A stretch of DNA of 64,000 bases from Octopus sinensis (lineage: Eukaryota): contig NC_043016.1 of the NCBI RefSeq assembly GCF_006345805.1, forward strand, positions 32,488,001-32,552,000, in the 5' to 3' direction. Below the pieces are notes generated by a model. It was given only the letters and a program-made list of their open reading frames with translations, made no database searches and was not told the origin of the DNA. Of the stretch, positions 26,650 to 38,500 are shown in pieces (position 1 is the first letter of the stretch; the number at the start of each line of letters is the position of its first letter). A program made the translations under genes and the position numbers.

Positions 26650-27172
26650 TACACTTATGTTTTTAATTCTATTTTGCCTGTTTGCACACACACATACATA
26701 TATATGTCTGTATATATAACTAGTTTGATAAGTGTTAATGTATGAAACTCTCGTCATATTGGTTATGCTAAATATTAATGTGTGTGGTGTGTGTGTGTAT
26801 AGACACTCATGTTTTGAGTTCTGATTTTGATTTTTTTTTGCATCACCAAACGTAAAAAGAGAAAAAAAAATTACAGAATATGCTATTTTATGAAGCTTCA
26901 TCTAAAGTGATACCTGATAAGCATATTCAGATGTTTTTGAATAAATTCTTAATGACAGAAGGTGAATAGCTCGAGCCAGTGTTGATGATATCAATTACTC
27001 ATTAAGTTTTTAAAATGGGAGCTAACTGCTAGTGTCTAAATTTGAATTGATGTTGAGAGAGATGATGATGCTTAGGTGGTAGACTATTAGGATTTTTATC
27101 AGAAAACTATGAACTGGGATTTTGATTGCTGCCTTGATACTATGTTAAGATATTTATGTTAAGATAGATACC

Positions 27173-28380
27173 GTGAAGATGCATGGCTTAGTGGTTTGGG
27201 CATTTGGTTCATGATTGTAAGTTTGTGAGTTTGATACTCAGTAGTGCGTTCCGTCCTTGAGCAAGACACTTTATTTCATATGTTCCAGTTTGCTCAGCTG
27301 AGTAGTAACTGAGTAGTACCTGTAATTCAAAGGGCCAGCCTTGTAATACTCTGTGTCAGTGCTGAATCTCCCTGAGAACTACGTTGAAGGTACATGTGTC
27401 TGTGGTGTACTCAGCCACTTGCATGTTAATTCCATGAGCAGGCTGTTCCGATGTTTGGATCAGCTGGAACCCTCTTTGTGAAGATGCATGGCTTAATGGT
27501 TAGGGGTATTAGGCCCATGCTTGTTAGGTCCTGAGTTTAATACTTGGTAACACATTGCATCCTTGAGCAAGACACTTTATTTCACATTGCTCCAGTCTAC
27601 TCAGTTGGCAAAAATGAGTTGTACCTGTATTTCAAAGGACCAACATTGTAATACTCTGTGTCAGTGCTGAATCTCCCTGAGAATTATGTTAAAGGTACAT
27701 GTGTCTGTGGAGTACTCAGCCACTTGCTTATTAATTTCACGAGCAAGCTGTTCCATTGATCATATCAACTGGAACCCTCTTTGTGGGGATGCATGGCTTA
27801 ATGGTCAGGAGATTCAGCACACGACCATAAGATCATGAGTTTGATTCCCAAGAGTACATTGTATCCTTGAGCAAGACACTTTATTTCACATTAGTCCAGT
27901 CCACTCAGCTGGCAAATATGAGTAGTATCTGTAATTTAAAGGGCCAGCCTTGTCACACACTCTGTGCCATGCTGAATCTCCATGAGAACTACATTAAAGG
28001 TCTGTGGAGTACTCAGCCATTTGCTTATTAATTTCACGAGCAAGCTGTTCCATTGATCATATCAACTGGAACCCTCTTTGTGAAGATGCATGGCTTAATG
28101 GTTAAGGCATTTGGCTCATGATTGTTAGATCCCGAGTTTAATACTTGGCAACACATTATATCCTTGAGCAAGACTCTTTATTTCATATTGCTCCAATCCA
28201 CTCAGCTGGAAAAAATGAGTTGTACCTGTATTTCAAGGGGCCAGTCTTGTCACATTCTCAGTCACACCAAATCTCCCTGAGAACTACAATGAGGGTAGAC
28301 TTATCTATGGAGTACACAGCCACTTGAACGTTAATTTCATGAGCAGGTTAGTCCATTGATTGGACGAAATGGAACCCAGG
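27173..28380 (+). mobile_element. Head-to-tail tetramer of tRNA-derived SINE family B (units start 27173, 27478, 27783, 28080); monomer at 13585-13885
   Basis: Repeated gtgaagatgcatggctta..tggtt heads with periods of 305, 305 and 297 bp. Confidence 0.85.
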
Positions 28381-28564
28381 TCATTTTACTCAGCAAAGCA
28401 CCGACCGAATGACCATAAATCCTTGTTGTTTATAAAAGCCGTAAATGCAGTGTATACTGATTGTCTCCATCGTCGTGTCTTACGAAAACACATCTAAGTT
28501 TACTGGTGATATATCTTTGAGGGTTATGCAACATATTCTAACCAAAGATATTTTACCAGTGATA

Positions 28565-28955
28565 TATGGAAGCACTCCGTTGGTTACGATGACGAGGGTT
28601 CCGGTTGATCCGAATCAACGGAACAGCCTGCTCATGAAATTAACGTGTAAGTGGCTGAGCACTCCACAGACACGTGTACCCTTAACGTAGTTCTCGGGGA
28701 TATTCAGCGTGACACAGAGAGTGACAAGGCCGGCCCTTTGAAATACAGGTACAACAGAAACAGGAAGTAAGAGTGAGAGAAAGTTGTGGTGAAAGAGTAC
28801 AGCAGGGATCACCACCATCCCCTGCCGGAGCCTCGTGGAACTTTTAGGTGTTTTCACTCAATAAACACTCACAACGCCCGGTCTGGGAATCGAAACCGCA
28901 ATCCTATGACCGCGAGTCTGCTGCCCTAACCACTGGGCCATTGCGTCTCCACCAG
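28565..28955 (-). mobile_element. tRNA-derived SINE sharing its 3' body with family B
   Basis: Minus-strand head tggcccagtggttagggcag...ggtttcgattccc, then the body tgtacctgtatttcaaagggcc. Confidence 0.75.
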
Positions 28956-29249
28956 TGATATATATATAACAGCACATTACACCATGCATTAATAGTGGCA
29001 CAGATTTCCTTGTAACGCATAACGGGGGGTGGGGGGGGGGGGAAGAAAACGCATTTCAAATGGAACACATTACAAACAACGCACATTACTGATGAAATAC
29101 TTCAACAATAGTATATATATATATTTATTTACTGCTGGCTCATAATATGCATTCATTAGCATCTATTGATTGTCTCAATAGAATCAAGACAATCAGTTGA
29201 TCTTATCGTCAAACCAAAGGAAAATTAATGACAAAGAGTATAATAAAAA

Positions 29250-29265
29250 CAACAAGAACAACAAC

Positions 29266-29297
<32 letters not shown>

Positions 29298-29538
29298 CAA
29301 TGATAATAATAATGATGATGATGATAATAATAATGATGACAACAGTGGTTTCAGATTTTGATGCAAGGCCAGCAATCTTAAATGATGGGTTCAGTTGACT
29401 ACATCAGCCCTGATGTAATCAACTGGTACACATTTTATTGCCCCTAAAGGATAAGAAGCGAACAATAAGTAATAATAATAACAGTAATGATAATAATAAT
29501 AATAATGATCACAATAATAATAATAATAATATAATAAC

Positions 29539-29585
<47 letters not shown>

Positions 29586-29622
29586 TAATAATAATAATAA
29601 TGACAATAATAATAATAATAAC

Positions 29623-29654
<32 letters not shown>

Positions 29655-29703
29655 TAATAATAATAATAATAATAATAATGATGATAATGATAATAATAAT
29701 AAC

Positions 29704-29744
<41 letters not shown>

Positions 29745-29790
29745 CAATGACAATGATAATAATAAAAATTATTATTATTATTATTGTTGT
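29250..29790. repeat. (AAT)n microsatellite tracts
   Basis: Directly visible. Similar tracts at 7950-8230, 24900-25160, 57980-58440, and (GAT)n at 62130-62390. Confidence 0.95.
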
Positions 29791-31574
29791 TGTCGTTATT
29801 ATTATAAATGTCCTGATGCAGTACCAGGCAGTGGTTCACATGGCTTCTGATCTTAACTGATTGGAAGTGTTATCATGTACATTGTTTTGTCTTGGTATAA
29901 AAGATGGGCTACAGCAAATATTCTGCTCAATTCCACAGATTTGCTTGTCCTTAACCAGTTAAGCATGTCCCTTGGTGGTTGACAATATGTGTATCTCTGA
30001 TCGCGAGCAGAAGTAGTGGGGGAGCATCATGGGTGTTTTGCGCAACATCCTTAAACAGACCTTATTCAGAGACCTTTTCAGCGGGATGGGCTACTTGACT
30101 TGAAGAAAATTCTAATTGGGCCCCACCTGCAAGGTCATGCACTGTTTATCTTGATATGAGATCACTATGTCATGCACATATGGTTGTGATGCATGTGCCT
30201 GGTGTACCCTTATCAGACGGGTAGTCATAATGGGTATATTGGACTTTGTATATTTTACCCCTGTGTCACTTTGATGGCATGCACTGCTCTCTCACTCAAT
30301 AATAATAATAATAATAAATGCCCTGATGCAGTACCAGGCAGTGGCTCTCATGGCTTCTGATCTTAACTGAATGGAAGTGTTATCATGTACATTGTTTTGT
30401 CTTGGTATAAAAGATGGACTACAGCAAATATTCTGCTCAATACCACAGATTTGCCTGTTGTTTGACTTTAACCAGTTGAGCATGTCCCTTAGTGGCTGAC
30501 GATATGTGCATCTCTGAACATGAGCAGAAGTAGTGGGAAAGCATGTGTTGAGAGGAATTGTTTTGGGGTTTGAATAATTCACCTCTGGATATATGGGTGG
30601 TTTTGTTCATCATCCTTAAAACTGGGATGATGGGCTACTCAACCTGAAGAAAATTCTAACTGAGCCCCACCTGCAAGGTCATGCGCTGTTTATCTTGATA
30701 TGAGATCACCATGTCACGCGTATATGGTTGTGATGCATGTGCCTGGTGTACCCTTATCAGACGAGTAGTCATGATGGGTATACTGGGCTTCGTATATTTT
30801 ACCCCAGTGTCACTTTGATGGCATGCACTGCTCTCTCACTCAATGGTTTCAAATTTTGGCACAAGGCCAGCAATTTTGGGGGAGTAGGGTAAGTTGATTA
30901 CCTTGATCCCAATGCTCAACAGATATTTATTTTATTCCCCAGAAAGGATAAAAAGGCAAAGTCATCCTTCAATAGATGCTCTCCAAGTAGGAAGCACCTA
31001 TTATTGTTATCAGAATACTTAGAGAAGTGCTTGACAATTGAAGGTGTCACCTCAGTCCACTGACTGTGGAGTGGTGGCACCTGTATAACACCACCAGTAA
31101 CAAATGCTGTATGATACAACAGAATAGTGACAACAACAATAACTCCCTCCCTCCCTCCCTCCCTCCCCCCTCTCTCCCTCTTCTCTCTGGCCAGTTAACC
31201 ATGTACCTTCTCCATAGCAAAATACCTGTATCTACCTCTCTGTCTCTGTGTCGCACTTTAACCTTTCATAGCCTCCTCCCTCTCAAAGATTCCTTGTCTT
31301 GCAAGTTACTTTGGTGACCCTGCTGGTGCTGGTGCTACATAAAAAGCACTCAGTCCACTTTACAGGGTGGTTGGTGTTAGAAAGGGCACCCAGTTGTAAA
31401 AACTATACCAAAACAGACACAGAAGTCTGCTGCAGATTTCTGCCTGACCAGCTCCTGTCAAAGCATCCAACCCACACAAGCATGGAAGGCAGATGTTAAA
31501 CAATGATGATGATGTTAATGATGATGATGATGATGTCTCTTGAAATATCTAAACATTTAAATGTAAATTATTTA

Positions 31575-31606
<32 letters not shown>

Positions 31607-32124
31607 TACAAATGACTATAATTTTAATTACTCGTTTCTTTGTTTTTTTAATTTGTGTCCTTTTTTTGCACATGATTATATCCAGTTCTGCTTAATTAAT
31701 TGCAATTTCACATATCTTACTGATCCTGCAAGCATTTAATTTAGTATCTCTTCTGTGATCTTACAATTAATCAGGCATTAGTAATTTTATAAAGCATGGA
31801 ATATTCACCACCAACAGACATTTCACTGGCAGTGAAAATCAAGTCCTCTTTTTTCACTCGTATTTGAAATGTTTTTTTTTCCTTTTAGTTTTATTCCCTT
31901 TTATTCATCTTAAAAATAAGCAGCTGCAAACAGCATTTCATTGTTTGTTGCATCAAATATATTATTTACACAGCTAGAATCTGATTAAACATCTTCATAT
32001 CAGAAACATTGCTGAAGCAGGCTGTTTTATGTTCTGCAACATGAAACTATAAACATCATTTGAAGTAAAACAATAAGGTGAGATAGTATATTAAAATGTA
32101 ACTAACTTGTCACATAGTTTTGCT

Positions 32125-33068
32125 TTAACCCTTCAGCATTTAAACTAGCTATACTTGGCTCAAATATTCTACCTGCTTTATGTTCATACTATCCAGATCT
32201 GGTCTCACACCTACCCTACAATGTCATTCTGAAAATAAACAATTATAGGCGCAGGAGTGGCTGTGTGGTAAGTAGCTTGCTCACCATGCTTACCAACCAC
32301 ATGGCTCCGGGTTCAGTCCCACTGCATAGCACCTTGGGCTAGTGTCTTCTACTATAGCCTCGGGCCAACCAAAGCCTTGTGAGTGGATTTGGTAGAGGGA
32401 AACTGAAAGAAGCCCATATATATATATGCGTGTGTGTTTGCGTGTCTGTGTTTTTCCATCCAACATCACTTGACAACTGATGCTGGTGTGTTTACATCCC
32501 TGTAACTTAGCGGTTTGGCAAAAGACACCAATAGAATAAGTACTAGGCTTACAAAGAATAAGTCCTGGGGTCGATTTGCTTGACTAAAGGCGTTGCTCCA
32601 GCATGGCTGCAGTCAAATGACTGAAACAAGTAAAAGAGTAATTACATTATTGAAATCTTAAAGCCATAAGATAATACATGATTAATTCAAAACAATGTGA
32701 ATATATAAGCATTACATTTGGCATGCTAAAAGGTTAATCCAACCATGCCCAATCCAAATATTCTGTTTTATGTTCAAAAAGGACAGATCCAGCCTCTCAC
32801 GCCTACTCTACAATGTCATTTTAAAAATAAGCAATCACATCATCAAAATCTCAAAGTTTTGAGTAATCTGAATGCTAAAGGATTAAGCTAGCCATATCCA
32901 GTCGAAATATTTCACCTGTTTTGTGTGTGGCCTCTCACACTTACCTTACAATATCATTCTAAAAATAAACAATTATATTATTGAAATCGCAAAGCTATGA
33001 GATAATGCATGAACAATTTAAAACATTAATTCAATAAACAAGCATTAAGTAAATTAAGCGTTAAAGGG
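32125..33068. mobile_element. Three tandem degenerate TTAA-flanked MITE copies (CCCT..AGGG ends); the first carries a SINE insertion
   Basis: ttaacccttcagcatt start; shared ctacaatgtcatt(c)taaaaataa block appears three times; units end aaggttaa, aggattaa and aaaggg. Confidence 0.55.
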
Positions 33069-33489
33069 CTCACAAAAAAACAAACATTACTGAGCTAACA
33101 CAGGAGCCTCTATTCTACCCAATATGCTAGAAGAAGTAGCCAAATTCCCTGCCTCGCTCTGCCTCACCCTAAATCTGCCTCCACCATAAATCTGCCTCCA
33201 CCATAAATCACAGTCTTAATGCCATAACATAGGAAAAAATACATTGAATGATGTGGTCACTTATATTCATTTATTCTTTTACTTGTTTCAGTCATTTAAC
33301 TGCAGCCATGCTGGAGCACCCCCTTTTGCCGAACAAATCGACCCCGGGACTTATTCTTTGTAAGCCTAGTACTTATTCTATCAGTCTCTTTTTTTGCTGA
33401 ACGTCCAAGTTACTGGGACACAAACACACCAAAGTGGGTTGTCAAGCGATGGTGGGTGGGGCCTAACACAGATACACATACACAAATAT

Positions 33490-33548
<59 letters not shown>

Positions 33549-34129
33549 CATATACATATATATACATATACATGCATACATACATATATATATATATATA
33601 TACACACATATATACATAAAGAAGCATTGGTTATAAACAAACATTAAATTTGGGTCAACAACTTTATATACAACACCACCCCGCAAACATTTAATCATAT
33701 AGAAAAAAACACCAGGGTCCACAAACACATAAAAAAATACATATACATAAAATCACAGAATGTAAAAATATATATATTCTGATAAAATACAATTAGAACA
33801 GCGTATCAAAAGTTAAATACAATGACCAAAAATTCAAACCTATGAAAGCCTACTGGACAAATATAATATAAATAAAGATAAAAATAAAATAAAATAAGTG
33901 TCCAATGGCTAAAAAGATGTTATCATACGATTAAAATATTTTTTTTTAATTATTAAAAAAAATTTTTTTTTAATATTTGAGAAAGTCTTTTACTTCCCTC
34001 ACACAGGTACATCCAAAGTCAATAAGTAAGCAGACTTCTACAGGTCAAATTCACATACATCTTGAAAAAAGTCTTTTATTCCCCTCACACAGGTACGTTC
34101 AAAGTACGGTCAAATTCAACATTCACATA

Positions 34130-34207
34130 TATCTATGGTCATTTCGGGAGCTCACCACCGCATTTACACTAAAGTGCATCACGGCGATGACCTTCCTCAT
34201 CAGGATA
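34130..34207 (-). ncRNA. Minimal type-I hammerhead ribozyme, intact core
   Basis: TATC-CTGATGA-[GGAAGGTCATCGCCG...CGGTGGTGAGCTCCC]-GAAA-TGACCA-T-A-GATA. Helix II pairs 13 of 15, helix I is 4 bp, helix III ATGACCAT is near-palindromic, triplet AUA. Confidence 0.78.
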
Positions 34208-34425
34208 AACATGAAACATGCACAGATCAAAACTTTTATTTCATTTTGCGCAGGAGTGGCTGTGTGGTAAGTAGCTTGCCTACCAACCACATGGTTCTGG
34301 GTTCAGTCCCACTGCATGGCACCTTGGGCAAGTGTCTTCTACTATAACCTCAGGCCGACCAAAGCCTTGTGAGAAAATTTGGTAGACGGACACTGAAAGA
34401 AGCTTGTTCGTATATATGTATATAT

Positions 34426-35506
34426 ACTAGCAGTATAACCCAGCCTTGCCCAGGATTAAGTTATGATTATTAAGCTAATCAAGTTCTTTATTTCAAACCA
34501 AACTAAGTAATATAGACGTCAAATTTTGGCGAAATCTGTTGAAATTAGTTATATTATATATATATGTTATATATATATATTATATGTATTATATATATTA
34601 TAATATAAATATATATGGGCAACAGACATGAACAACATACACACATGTACGTACGTACACCTATTGCATGTTTTGTGCATGCATACATGTTCATAAACAG
34701 AAATGAATGGGAAAAATATGTTGTTAAATTTGTAGATTAACACTCGCATGATTTTCACTAAGAAAAGAAATCGTTTTTTTTTGCTTGGAATCAACTACTC
34801 TGGCCTCAAAACCATTTTTGTGGTCCGTGAAACAGAGTGGGGTGTGGTGGAAGCCTCGCAAATCGTACCCATTTATATTGTGTAATTCACTGACAAATTG
34901 TTACTCACCTCTTTGTTTCTTTGTTGTTAAATAAATGGATTGTCAACAAAACACTTTTTTACGCGGCGTAAAATAAAAACAAAACTCTTTCGCACCCAAA
35001 GTGATGTGTGTGAGAGAGAGAGGGGGGGGAGAAAGATGAACGATTTAAAATAAATATATTGTAATTGTTGTGTGAGAAAGTATATATACTATGATTATAA
35101 AATATAGTGTGCCTTTCAAAAGCAAAAAACTAAACATTTTACATTTTATTTTTTATGAACGTAGTCACTTACTCTCTCTCTCTCTCTCTCACCTCTCTCA
35201 CTTTGTCTTTCCAGTGAAACTCTCTGCCACCTTCTTCCACTTTTCTTTATCTTATTTTTTTTTTTTGTTAGACGCCATCAAAAAAGCAAAGGCTGATATT
35301 TTTTGTGGCTAAAAGCTATGTCTGAATAAGATATTTACGCTATCCACGGGTGCCTCGGGGGTGGGAGGGAATAAGTTGACAAAATCCAGATAGGGTGTTG
35401 ACAAATGTCCTAAAATGGAGTGACATGCATGCTAATTTGTGGACGTGCATAAATTACAATCACGTACACACACACACGCGCACACTCATCCTCCCTTTTA
35501 TAGATA

Positions 35507-35510
<4 letters not shown>
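34426..35510 (+). mobile_element. Second Helentron/HINE-like element, same terminal blocks but different interior
   Basis: 5' ACTAGCAGTATAACCCAGCCTTGCCCAGG; 3' block catgcatgctaatttgtggacgtgcataaattac...ttttatagatatgat shared with the 16625 copy. Confidence 0.65.
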
Positions 35511-35537
<27 letters not shown>

Positions 35538-35540
<3 letters not shown>

Positions 35541-38500
35541 TCATCATCATCATCATCATCATTTAGCGTCCGTTTTCCATGCTAGCATGGGTTGGACGGT
35601 TCAACTGGGGTCTGGGGAGCCCGAAGGCTGCACCAGGCCAGTCAGATCTGGCAGTGGTTTCTACAGCTGGATGCCCTTCCTAACGCCAACCACTCCGAGA
35701 GTGTAGGGGTGATTTTATGTGCCACCGACACACCGGTGCCAGACGAGGCTGGCGAACGGCCACGCTCGGATGGTGTTTTTATGTGCCACCGACACAGGTG
35801 CCAGACGAGGCTGGGACGGCCACGCTCGGATGGTGTTTTTATGTGCCACCGACACAGGTGCCAGATGAGCTGGCAGGTGCCAGACGAGGCTGGCAGACGG
35901 CCACGCTCGGATGGTGTTTTTATGTGCCACCGACACAGGTGCCAGATGAGGCTGGCGGACGGCCACGATCGGATGGTGTTGTTACGTCCCCAAAGCACGG
36001 AGGCCAGTCTATGCGGTACTGGCTACGGCCACGTTCGGATGATTTTTTGTGTGCCACCGGCACTGGTACCACAAAGATACAAATTCCATTATGCTCATCT
36101 ATTTTGATTTGTTTTGATTTGATTTGATTTTCACTTGCCTCAAGGTCTTCACAAGTGTCACAAGAAGGAAGGTATGCACAGGTGGACTGTCTACGTCGCC
36201 GGGTCTTCGGATGGTGTCTTTATGTGCCACCGACACAGGTGCCAGATGTGGCTGGCGAACGGCCACGATCGGATGGTTTTCTCTTGTGTGCCACCGGTAC
36301 TGGAACCACAAAGATACAAATTCCATTGATGTTCATCTATTTTGATTTGGTTTGATTTTCACTTGCCTCAACAGGTCTTCACAAGTGTCACGCGTGTCAC
36401 ACACTTGCCTCAACAGGTCTCCACAAGTGTCACACACTTGCCTCTGCCTCAACAGGTCTTCACAAAGTGTCACACACTTGCCTCTGCCTCAACAGGTCTT
36501 CACAAGTGTCATAAGAGGGAAGGTATGCACAGGTGGACTGACTACGTCGCCGGGTCTTTGGATGGTGTTTTTATGTGCCACCGACACAGGTGCCAGGTGA
36601 GGCTGGCGAACGGCCACGATCAGATGGTGTTTTTGTGCCCACAGCACGGAGGCCAGTCGATGCGGTACCAGCTACGGCCACTTCGGATGGTTTTCTTGTG
36701 TGCCACCGGTACTGGAACCACAAAGATACAAATTCCATTGATATTCATCTATTTTGATTTGGTTTGATTTTCACTTGCCTCAACAGGTCTTCACAAGTGT
36801 CACACACTTGCCTCAACAGGTCTTCACAAGGTCATAAGAGGGAGGTATGCACAGGTGGACTGACTACGTCGCGGGTCTTCGGATGGTGTCTTTATGTGCC
36901 ACGGCACAGGTGCCAGATGAGGCTGGCGAACGGCCACGATCGGATGGTGTTTGTTGTGCCCACAGCACGGAGGCCAGTCGATGCGGTACTGGTTACGGCC
37001 ACGTTTGGGTGGTTTTCTTGTGTGCCACCGGCACTGGTACCACAAAGAATACAATTCCACTGATGTTCATCTATTTTGATTTGTTTTGATTTGATTTGAT
37101 TTTCACTTGCCTCAACAGGTCTTCATAAGTGTCACAAGAAGGAAGGTATGCACAGGACTGACTACGTCCCAGGTCGGGGCCACGGGTTATGGCCTGACTA
37201 GTCTTGCCGGGTCTTCTCATGCACAGCATACTTCCATTGGTCTCGGTCTCTAGACATTTCCTTAGTGAGACCTAAAGTTCGAAGGTCGTGCTTCACCACC
37301 TCGTCCCAGGTTTTCCTGGGTCTACCTCTTCCACAGGTTCCCTCCACTGCTAGGGTGTAGCACTTTTGCACACAACTATCTTCAGCCTTTCTTGTCACAT
37401 GACCATACCAGCGCAGCCGTCTCTCTTGCACGCCACAACTGACGCTTCTTAGGTTCAGCTTTTCTCTCAAGAACTTACACTCTGACGATTATGAACACTG
37501 ACATTACACATCCATCGGAGCATACTGGCTTCATTTCTTGCGAGCTTACGCATATCCTCAGCAGTCACGGCCCATGTTCACTACCATGTAGCATGGCTGT
37601 ACGTACACATGCATCATACAGTCTGCCTTTTACTCTGAGCGAGAGGCCTTTTGTCACCAGCAGGGGTAAGAGCTCTCTAAACTTTGCCCAGGCTATTCTT
37701 ACTCTAGCAGTTACACTTTCAGCACACCCACCCCCGCTACTGACTTGGTCTCCTAGGTAGCGGAAGCTATCAACTACTTCTAGTTTGTCTCCCTGGAACG
37801 TGGCAGAAGTTGGTCTCTGCATATTTCCAGTGTTTATTGCCTGAGCATTTGCCACAGACAAAAAACTATTTTCCTAGTTAGCCTTCCTTTGACATTGCTG
37901 CACCTCTTATGTGTCCATAGCTTACACTTGGTGCATCTTAGAGTTTCTACCTACACCTTTTTTACAGATCGAGCAGGGCCATCTACCTGAAGGCGTTTGT
38001 GATTGATCTACCTTCCTACTTATTAGAACTTTGGTTTTGGCTAGGTGATTCTAAGGCCCTTCGATTCTAATCCTTGTTTCCACACCTGGAACTTTCCGCC
38101 AGTTCTGATAGTGACTCAGCAATTAGAGCAAGGTCATCAGATATAGAGGAGCTCCAAGGGGCAACCTGTCTGAATTCCTCCGTTATTGCCTGGAGGACTA
38201 TGATAAATAGGAGGGGACTGAGGACTGAACCTTGGGGTGGACCCCAACCTCTACCGGAATCTTCACTGTACTCGTTGCCCACCCTCACCTTACTAGCAGC
38301 GTCTCTGTACATGGCTTGCACAGCTCTCACCAACCATTCTTCTATCCTAGTTTCCTCATTGACCACCAGATAAGGGACCGGGGGACCCTGTCAAAGGCTT
38401 TCTCCAAGTCAACAAAAGCCAGGTACAAGGGCTTATCTTTGGCTAGGTATTTCTCCTGCAGCTGTCTTACCAGGAATATAGCATCAGTAGTACTTTTCCC

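Noticed and set aside
25800-27170. Possible degraded Penelope ORF
   Set aside because: Only vague motif resemblance amid many stops; cannot be supported by eye.
27173-28380. tRNA genes or a CRISPR-like array
   Set aside because: Only tRNA-derived SINE heads without a full cloverleaf; the units are about 300-bp repeats with no unique spacers, in a eukaryote.
31990-32085. Plus-strand AAG|gtgaga donor suggesting an exon
   Set aside because: All frames from the nearby acceptors contain stops, and there is no other support.
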